From the NCBI RefSeq assembly GCF_000023205.1, contig NC_012803.1, positions 480,001-512,000 on the forward strand: 32,000 nt of DNA. Direction: 5' to 3'. Under the pieces are notes generated by a model that worked only from the letters and a program-made list of their open reading frames with translations, searched no databases and was not told the origin of the DNA. The translations under genes and the position numbers were made by a program. Source of the DNA: Micrococcus luteus NCTC 2665 (lineage in GTDB: Bacteria > Actinomycetota > Actinomycetes > Actinomycetales > Micrococcaceae). Each line of letters opens with the position of its first letter. Position 1 is the stretch's first letter. Shown in pieces: positions 9,132-17,739 of this stretch.

Positions 9132-10484
9132 ATGACCCGCCGCGAGGTCGAGAGCGTCGAGGACCGCATCCGCGAGCACCTGCGCAGGGACGACCTCGAC
9201 AGCGCGGTCGAGCTGCTGCGCGCGCTGTCTCCGGGCGACGCGCTCGAACTGCTCGACCGCTCCGAGCCGCGCATGGTCCCCGTGCTGTTCCGGCTCCTGG
9301 ACAAGTCGACGGCGGTCCACGTCTTCGCGGCGATGGAGACGGGCCAGCAGTCCGACCTGGTGCGCCAGCTCCAGGACGGTCAGGTCCAGGACCTCTTCGC
9401 CGAGCTGCGGGTCTCGGGCCAGGCCCGGCTGCTCGACGAGATGCCGGCCACCGTGGCCCGGAAGATGCTCGCCGGGCTCGACGCCGAGGCGCGCGGCGAG
9501 GTCGGTCGGCTCCTGGGCTACCCGGCGGACTCGGTGGGCCGCCGGCTGCGCATGGCGCCGGTGCGTCTGCGCGAGGACTGGACCGTGGCCGTGGCCCTGC
9601 AGAACCTCCGGGACCACGGCGGCCGGGAGCAGGCCGCCATCGTCTCCGTGCCGGTGGTGAGCCCGCAGGCGCGCCTGACCGGCGTCGTGGACGTCTCCGT
9701 CCTGGTCACGCAGCCGCTCGACGCGCGGGTCTCGGAGATCATGCGGGAACCGGTGTCCGCGGTCGCCACCGAGGACGCCGAGGAGGTGGCCCGGCTCTGT
9801 GCGGACCGCCGCCTGTGGACGGTCCCCGTGACGGATTCGGAGGGGCGCCTGATCGGCGTGTTCACCGTGGCCGACGCCCTCGAGGTCCTCGACGAGGAGT
9901 CGACGGAGGACGCGGCGCGCGCCGGTGGTGTGGAGCCCCTCGGCCGGCCCTATCTGGCGACCTCCGTGCTGGCGCTGATGCGCTCGCGCATCACGTGGCT
10001 GCTCGTGCTCGCGATCGGCGCCACCCTCACCGTGCAGGTGCTCGGCGTCTTCGAGGACACGCTCGAGGAGATGGTGGTCCTCTCCCTGTTCATCCCGCTG
10101 ATCATCGGCACCGGCGGCAACACGGGCAACCAGGCGGCCACCACGGTCACCCGGGCGCTCGCCCTCGACGACGTCCGGCCCCGCGATGCGCCGCGCGTGA
10201 TGTTCCGCGAGCTGCGCGTCGGCATGGCCCTGGGCGGGTGCATCGGCCTGCTGGGCCTCGTGATCGCCGGGCTCGTGTTCTCGTGGCCCGTCGGTCTCGT
10301 GATCGGGGCGACTTTGTTCACCGTGTGCTCCTTCGCCGCCACCGTCGGCGGTCTCATGCCGTTGGCGGCCCGCACGATCGGCGCCGACCCCGCCGTGTTC
10401 TCGAACCCGTTCATCTCGACGCTCGTGGACGCCCTCGGCCTGGTCGTCTACTTCTTCATCGCCCAGGCCGTGCTCGGCATCTGA
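9132..10484 (+). CDS. mgtE: Magnesium transporter MgtE
   Basis: The 450-aa product has an MgtE N-domain, tandem CBS-like segments and a C-terminal TM domain. The TM domain carries the characteristic IGTGGNTGNQAATTV motif. Confidence 0.93.
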   Translation: MTRREVESVEDRIREHLRRDDLDSAVELLRALSPGDALELLDRSEPRMVPVLFRLLDKSTAVHVFAAMETGQQSDLVRQLQDGQVQDLFAELRVSGQARLLDEMPATVARKMLAGLDAEARGEVGRLLGYPADSVGRRLRMAPVRLREDWTVAVALQNLRDHGGREQAAIVSVPVVSPQARLTGVVDVSVLVTQPLDARVSEIMREPVSAVATEDAEEVARLCADRRLWTVPVTDSEGRLIGVFTVADALEVLDEESTEDAARAGGVEPLGRPYLATSVLALMRSRITWLLVLAIGATLTVQVLGVFEDTLEEMVVLSLFIPLIIGTGGNTGNQAATTVTRALALDDVRPRDAPRVMFRELRVGMALGGCIGLLGLVIAGLVFSWPVGLVIGATLFTVCSFAATVGGLMPLAARTIGADPAVFSNPFISTLVDALGLVVYFFIAQAVLGI

Positions 10485-10511
10485 GCCGGCCACGACCCAC
10501 GACGCCCTGCC

Positions 10512-10517
10512 TACACT
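10512..10517 (+). promoter_or_regulatory. Candidate -10 box (TACACT) 6 nt upstream of the ATG at 10524 (leaderless arrangement)
   Basis: The sequence reads TACACT-GGCCGC-ATG with no Shine-Dalgarno sequence. Confidence 0.3.
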
Positions 10518-10523
10518 GGCCGC

Positions 10524-11030
10524 ATGATGCACGACGGGCCCTGGGGTGGCATGGGCGGCATGATGGGTGAACTCATGGTCGGCAGCGGCTGGCTGGCGCT
10601 GCTGGCGTGCCTCGTGCTCGGGGGCTTCGCGCGCGTCCCTCTGCGCGCGGCCGGCGAGCGACGGGCCGAGGGGCAGCCGTGGGCCGTCCCCGGGGCGGTC
10701 GGCTTCGGGCTGCTCGCCGTGGCGGTCGTGGTGGCCCTGGCCGCGTGGGGCACGTTCTTCGGGTTCATGGGGATCGCCTTCGCCGCGGTCACCGCCCTCG
10801 GCGCCTGGCAGTCGTTCACCGAGGGGGAGCGGCGACGCCGGCGCGAGGCCGAGCAGGTGCGGCATGCGGCCCGCCTCGGCGAGGCGTTCCGGGGCGGGCC
10901 CGCCGGACCGGCCGTGCCGCCGTCGTCGGAGGGCGCCCCCTCCGACCCGACGCCCCCCTGGTACCCGAGCGACCCCTCCCGGCCCGGCGAGGGCACCGGC
11001 GAGGGCACCGGCGACGGCCGGGGGCGCTGA
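10524..11030 (+). CDS. Hypothetical small membrane protein. It has a Met/Gly-rich N-terminus, 3 TM segments and a Pro-rich acidic tail.
   Basis: The 168-aa product starts MMHDGPWGGMGGMMGELMVGSGWLALLACLVLGG. Third positions in this frame are G/C-rich, unlike the overlapping alternative frames. The C-terminus contains a GEGTGEGTGDG repeat encoded by a 12-nt tandem repeat. Confidence 0.55.
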   Translation: MMHDGPWGGMGGMMGELMVGSGWLALLACLVLGGFARVPLRAAGERRAEGQPWAVPGAVGFGLLAVAVVVALAAWGTFFGFMGIAFAAVTALGAWQSFTEGERRRRREAEQVRHAARLGEAFRGGPAGPAVPPSSEGAPSDPTPPWYPSDPSRPGEGTGEGTGDGRGR

Positions 11031-13370
<2,340 letters not shown>

Positions 13371-13384
13371 GCATCTGAGCGCCT

Positions 13385-13423
13385 GGGGCCGGGTCGCGTG
13401 CGTGGAGCGCGCGGCCCGGCCCC
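13385..13423 (+). terminator. Probable intrinsic terminator of icd
   Basis: A 17-bp stem (13385..13401 with 13407..13423, including two G-U pairs) encloses the 5-nt loop GTGGA. TTCTCGT follows it. The structure begins 15 nt after the icd stop. Confidence 0.5.
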
Positions 13424-13434
13424 TTCTCGTGTCC

Positions 13435-13499
13435 GCAACGCGGGTTGAGTTGTCACGGGTGTTCGAGCCCCGGACCCGTGACAACTCAACCCGCGTTGC
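13435..13499. repeat. Perfect 26-bp-stem palindromic element (GCAACGCGGGTTGAGTTGTCACGGGT, 13-nt loop, then ACCCGTGACAACTCAACCCGCGTTGC)
   Basis: The arms 13435..13460 and 13474..13499 are exact reverse complements. The element lies between the convergent icd and ogt genes, after a separate icd terminator. Confidence 0.7.
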
Positions 13500-13515
13500 C
13501 CGGAGGGAGGGGTGG

Positions 13516-14109
13516 TCAGCCCGCGTGTGCCGCCTCGTGGGCCAGCAGGGCCTGCTTCGCGGCGGTGCCGTAGAGGTAGTGGCCGGCGGCGCCGTCGGCG
13601 CGCACCACGCGGTGGCAGGGCACGACGACGGCCACCAGGTTGGCGGCGCACGCCCCGCCGGCGGCGCGCACGGCCCGCGGGGCCCCGCACCGTTCGGCCA
13701 GGCCGCCGTAGGTGGCGGGGGAGCCGGGGGCGATGCCGCGCAGCTCCCGCCACGCCCGCTGCCGGAACGCGGTGCCCGGCTGGGCGACGTCGAGGGCGTC
13801 CAGCGCGGCCACGTCCCCCGCGGCGTAGGCGGCCAGGGCGTCGGCGACGGGCTGGGACGCACCCGGACGCGGCTCCACGGGGCGCGGGTTCATCTCGCGG
13901 TCGGCGGTCTCCGGGTCCAGGGCCACGAGCCGGTCCATGAGCGTCTCGAGGAGGCGCCCGACCGCGGCGGCGGGGGGCTGCGAGTCCCCCGGCACGGCCA
14001 CGCCGGAGGCGCGCACCGTCTGGTCCTCGGGGGAGAAGACGGCCACGAGGGTCAGCTCGGTGGCGGGCAGGGCGGCCGCGGTCCAGCGCAGCTCGGGAAG
14101 CAGATCCAT
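13516..14109 (-). CDS. ogt: Methylated-DNA--protein-cysteine methyltransferase
   Basis: The 197-aa product starts MDLLPELRW. Its C-terminal domain reads ...TYGGLAERCGAPRAVRAAGGACAANLVAVVVPCHRVV and carries the PCHR active site. Only the last 197 codons of the 749-aa track ORF look protein-like. GACAAT lies 6 nt upstream of the ATG. Confidence 0.9.
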   Translation of the reverse strand: MDLLPELRWTAAALPATELTLVAVFSPEDQTVRASGVAVPGDSQPPAAAVGRLLETLMDRLVALDPETADREMNPRPVEPRPGASQPVADALAAYAAGDVAALDALDVAQPGTAFRQRAWRELRGIAPGSPATYGGLAERCGAPRAVRAAGGACAANLVAVVVPCHRVVRADGAAGHYLYGTAAKQALLAHEAAHAG

Positions 14110-14181
14110 CCCCTCATTGTCCTGCACGGCCCGGCCCGGACAGGTGTTCGCCCGTCCGCTCCCTGTGTCAGGCTGGCGTCC

Positions 14182-15780
14182 ATGACCGAGATCCGCGTCT
14201 TCGAGCACCGCACCCTCCTGCGCCACCCGCGTGAGGTCGTCTTCCGCTGGCTGGAGAACCCCGGCGCGCTGGAGCGGCTCACCCCGCCCTTCGCCGGCGA
14301 GGTGGTCCAGGGACCCACGGACGGCCTCCGCGTGGGCTCCGAGTCGCGGCTGCGCATCCAGGCCCCGGGGGCGGCCGGCCTGTTCGCCGGCGCGGCCCAT
14401 GGGATGCTCACCGGCCTGCTGCCGGACGCCGTCGCCTCCCGCCTGCCCGGTGGGGCCGCGCCCGCGGTGCCGTGGCGGGCCCGCCACACGGCCTACGAGG
14501 AGGGCCGCATGTTCCGGGACGAGATGGTCTCCGGTCCCCTCGCCTCCTGGCGGCACACCCACCTGCTCGATGACGCCGCGCCCGGTGAGGCGGACACGGC
14601 GGACGGCCGGCGCGGCACGGTCGTGACGGACCACATCGAGTACGCCCTGCCGGGGGAGTCCCTGGTGTCCCGCGTGCCCGGTCTGGGCGCCGCGGCCTCG
14701 CGCAGCACCCACGAGGCCTTCGAGGCGGAGCTGGGCCGCCAGTTCGCCTATCGGGCCCGCGTGATGGCCGATGACCTGGACTTCCACGCCGCCCATCCCG
14801 GCCCCCTCGTCGGCGGGCCGGCTCGCACGGTCGCCGTGACGGGGTCCGGCGGACTGATCGGCCGGCAGCTCTGTGCCCTGCTCACCACCGGCGGCCACCG
14901 CGTCATCCGGCTCGTGCGGAGCCCGAAGAAGGCCGGCGCGCTGGACGCGGCGCTGTGGGACCCCGGCCGGGAGACCGTGGACGAGGACGCCCTGGCCGAG
15001 GCCGACGTCGTCGTGAACCTGGCGGGCGAGCCCATCGCCGGCCGGTTCTCGGACGCGCACAAGGAGGCCGTGCACGACTCGCGCGTACGCGGCACGCGCA
15101 CCCTCGTGGACGCGCTCGCCCGGATCGCCGCACGGGAGGGGGACGACGCGCGGGCGCGGGCGCTCGTGAACGGCTCGGCGATCGGGTACTACGGGGCGGA
15201 CGCGGGCACGGGCCCGTTCGGCAGCGGCCTCGTCGAGGATCTGGAGCCCGGGGACGACTTCCTCGCCGAGGTCGTCGCGGACTGGGAGGCCGAGGCCCGA
15301 CGCGCCGAGACGTCCGGCATCCGGGTCGCGATGCTGCGGACCGGCGTGGTCCTGAGCCCGGCCGGGGGCATGCTGCAGCAGGTGCTGCCGCTGTTCCTCG
15401 CGGGGCTCGGCGGCCCGGTCGCGACCTCGGGCGGGGAGAGCCACGACGGCAGCCCGTGGCTGAGCTGGATCGGCGCGGATGACATCGCGGGGGCCTTCGC
15501 CCACGCGGTGCTCGACGACGGCGTCACCGGCCCGGTGAACGCGGTGGCGCCCGAGCCGGTCACGGCCCGGGAGTTCGCCACCGTGCTCGGGCGGGTGCTG
15601 CGCCGGCCCGCTCTCATCCCGGTGCCCGAGGCCGGGCCGCGCCTGCTGCTGGGCGAGGAGGGCCGGGTGGAGACCGTCGCGGCCGACCAGAAGGTCCTGG
15701 CGGACCGACTGGTCGCCTCCGGCTACGAGATGCGCGACCCCGAACTGGAGGGCGCGTTGCGCCACGTCCTCGGGCGGTGA
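14182..15780 (+). CDS. TIGR01777 (YfcH-like) NAD-dependent epimerase/dehydratase-fold protein with an N-terminal SRPBCC-like domain and a C-terminal DUF1731-like region
   Basis: The 532-aa product has a Rossmann motif VAVTGSGGLIGRQL in its middle. Downstream blocks ...VVNLAGEPIAGRFSDAHK... and ...RTGVVLSPAGGML... are typical of the YfcH family. The N-terminal roughly 190 aa form a separate domain. Confidence 0.82.
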   Translation: MTEIRVFEHRTLLRHPREVVFRWLENPGALERLTPPFAGEVVQGPTDGLRVGSESRLRIQAPGAAGLFAGAAHGMLTGLLPDAVASRLPGGAAPAVPWRARHTAYEEGRMFRDEMVSGPLASWRHTHLLDDAAPGEADTADGRRGTVVTDHIEYALPGESLVSRVPGLGAAASRSTHEAFEAELGRQFAYRARVMADDLDFHAAHPGPLVGGPARTVAVTGSGGLIGRQLCALLTTGGHRVIRLVRSPKKAGALDAALWDPGRETVDEDALAEADVVVNLAGEPIAGRFSDAHKEAVHDSRVRGTRTLVDALARIAAREGDDARARALVNGSAIGYYGADAGTGPFGSGLVEDLEPGDDFLAEVVADWEAEARRAETSGIRVAMLRTGVVLSPAGGMLQQVLPLFLAGLGGPVATSGGESHDGSPWLSWIGADDIAGAFAHAVLDDGVTGPVNAVAPEPVTAREFATVLGRVLRRPALIPVPEAGPRLLLGEEGRVETVAADQKVLADRLVASGYEMRDPELEGALRHVLGR

Positions 15781-15788
15781 CGGGGGTG

Positions 15789-15815
15789 GGGCAGCGCCCC
15801 CCGGGGACGCTGCCC
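15789..15815. terminator. GC hairpin between the convergent 14182..15780(+) and 15826..17673(-) genes
   Basis: GGGCAGCG (15789..15796) pairs with CGCTGCCC (15808..15815). An inner CCC/GGG extension adds to the stem. No U-tract is present. Confidence 0.35.
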
Positions 15816-15825
15816 ACGCGGGCCG

Positions 15826-17673
15826 TCAGTCCTGCAGCGCGCCGGTCTCCCGGATGAGCTGCCCCAGTGCGGTGAACGCATCGCGGGCCAGCGCCTCCCA
15901 CAGTGCCAGGGCCAGCTGGGGGAAGCCCTCCTGGAGCGCGACCATCACCTGGGCGGTGAGGACGCGCGCCGTCACCGGCCCGCGCGCGCGGACGGTGGAG
16001 GGCTGGCGGCCGGGCTGGCCCAGGGCCATCTCGCCGAACGTCATCCCCGGGGTGAGCAGGGTGCGGCGCACGCGGCGGTTGCCCGTGCCCTGGCCCGAGA
16101 GCTCCACGGTGCCGGAGACGATCACGTAGATGCCGCCGAACGGCTGGCCGGCCCGACGGATGATCTGGCCGTCCGAGTAGACCCGCTCGTCCATCATGGA
16201 CTCGAGCAGGCGCGCATCGTCCGCGGAGAGGTGCTGCAGCAGGGGTGCCACAGCCGCCTCCTGGGCGTCCCGCGGCAGCAGATGGGGGGCGTGCCGGGAG
16301 AGCAGCCGCTGCTCGGCCAACTGGGCAGCACGCGAGCGGGAGTCGAAGAACACGAACTGCGCGCCCTCGGCGGCGGGGTCCACCCCCTCGGCCTCATCCT
16401 GCAGCGGCTCGGGCAGGTCCACCTCCACGGACTCCTCGACGGCCGCCATCAGCTCCTTCATCTCCGCGGCGTCCCGGTCCACGACGACGACGTCGAGTCC
16501 GTTGCCCAACGCGCGGGCGAACCACTGGGCCACCAGCAGCCGGGCCGGACGGGAGACGGAGCTGACCGAGCGCATGTCCACCACGAGCGTCTCGAGGACC
16601 TCCGGCAGATCGCGGCTGACGCGAGCGATCGCGTCCACCTGGCTGAAGCCGAGGTGACCGCCCAGCTCCATCACGTGCACGGTGTCCGCGAACCGCCCCA
16701 GCGCCTCGAGGACGACGGCGCTGCGCACCGTGCCCGAGGGCGCCTGATCGATCCGGTAGTGGGTGCGCAGAGCCGCGCGCGGGGAACCGGTGACCACCGA
16801 CGGGTGCAGCTCGAAGTCCTCGACGATGGTCCGCAGGGCGGCCATCGCCGCGGCGCCGAGCCCGTTCTCGTCCGTCGTGTCCGACTGCAGCGCCAGACCG
16901 AGGTGGCCCGGCACCACCACGAGCACGGTGCCGCCGCGCGTCGACGCCCACCCGGGCTGGCCGACGTCGTATGCCCATCGGGAGTCCCGGGTGTCCATGC
17001 CGCAGGAGTCCATCGCGGAGAGCACACCGCGGACCGTCTCCTCGCTCAGCACGCGGTCCCCGGTGACGGGGTGGACACCACCGTGCGCGAGGGTGCCGGC
17101 GAGCAGGGCGAGGTCCTCCACGGTCACGGCGGCAGCACGCACCGTGGCGATGTCCTCGAGCAGCGTCTCAGGGTCGGCGTCCAGGGTGTCGAGGGACTTC
17201 ATCAGCCAGGCAGCGGACCGGGTGTGGTGCTGGGCGCGGTTCTCCGCGCGGGCGGCCGACTCCGTGACGGTGACCTCGCGGTCGAACAGTGCGGAGAGCA
17301 GCTGCATCATGCGTGCGGTGCGGTCGCGGCCACCGCGGCCCTTCACGAGGGAGGCAGTGGCCACCGCGCCCGCGTTCTGCAGCGGGTTGTGCGGCAGACC
17401 CGTCACGGCGTCCACCTCGACCCGATGGTCCAGGTCGCGCACGGGGGCGGCGCCGACGCGCTCGCCCACCCGCACCGCGCCGAGGTCTTCGAGGGCCTGC
17501 GCGTGGAACAGGGGAGAGGCGAGCGTGGCGAGCGGCACGGGCGTCATGGATCCGGAGACGTAGCGGTGTCCGTCCACCAGGAGCATCGCGACGCCCAGCC
17601 CGTCCGGGACCTCCCCCTCGCCCGCGTGGGCCGACGTGAGGCGATCGAGGTGCTCCTGGACGGGTGTGGTCAT
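15826..17673 (-). CDS. Glutaminase-family protein fused to a STAS-like domain and a C-terminal cyclic-nucleotide-binding (CAP-type) domain
   Basis: The 615-aa product has glutaminase blocks HNPLQNAGA, AAWLMKS, LAHGGVHPVTG, CGMD and RGGTVLVVVPG in its N-terminal roughly 300 aa. The middle region reads ...VHVMELGGHLGFSQVDAI...TLVVDMRSVSSVS...GLDVVVVD and is STAS-like. The C-terminus reads ...GGIYVIVSGTVEL...FGEMALGQPGRQPSTVRA and resembles a cNMP phosphate-binding cassette. Confidence 0.85.
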   Translation of the reverse strand: MTTPVQEHLDRLTSAHAGEGEVPDGLGVAMLLVDGHRYVSGSMTPVPLATLASPLFHAQALEDLGAVRVGERVGAAPVRDLDHRVEVDAVTGLPHNPLQNAGAVATASLVKGRGGRDRTARMMQLLSALFDREVTVTESAARAENRAQHHTRSAAWLMKSLDTLDADPETLLEDIATVRAAAVTVEDLALLAGTLAHGGVHPVTGDRVLSEETVRGVLSAMDSCGMDTRDSRWAYDVGQPGWASTRGGTVLVVVPGHLGLALQSDTTDENGLGAAAMAALRTIVEDFELHPSVVTGSPRAALRTHYRIDQAPSGTVRSAVVLEALGRFADTVHVMELGGHLGFSQVDAIARVSRDLPEVLETLVVDMRSVSSVSRPARLLVAQWFARALGNGLDVVVVDRDAAEMKELMAAVEESVEVDLPEPLQDEAEGVDPAAEGAQFVFFDSRSRAAQLAEQRLLSRHAPHLLPRDAQEAAVAPLLQHLSADDARLLESMMDERVYSDGQIIRRAGQPFGGIYVIVSGTVELSGQGTGNRRVRRTLLTPGMTFGEMALGQPGRQPSTVRARGPVTARVLTAQVMVALQEGFPQLALALWEALARDAFTALGQLIRETGALQD

Positions 17674-17739
17674 GGGTCACAGCCTAGTCAGTAGGACAGT
17701 CCCGGGACAGCGTGGCGGAGGCGGGCACAATGGGTCCCG

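Noticed and set aside
13455-13480. The T-loop-like GGTGTTCGAGCCCC in the loop of the 26-bp palindrome, as a possible tRNA fragment or att site
   Set aside because: There is no acceptor, D or anticodon arm around it. The flanking sequence is fully accounted for by the palindrome arms, so the resemblance to GGTTCGA is limited to a few bases.
14110-15765. The upstream 550 aa of track ORF 13516..15765 (minus strand)
   Set aside because: Only the C-terminal 197 aa form the Ogt protein. The remainder is antisense to the TIGR01777-type gene 14182..15780, which contains a clear Rossmann motif.
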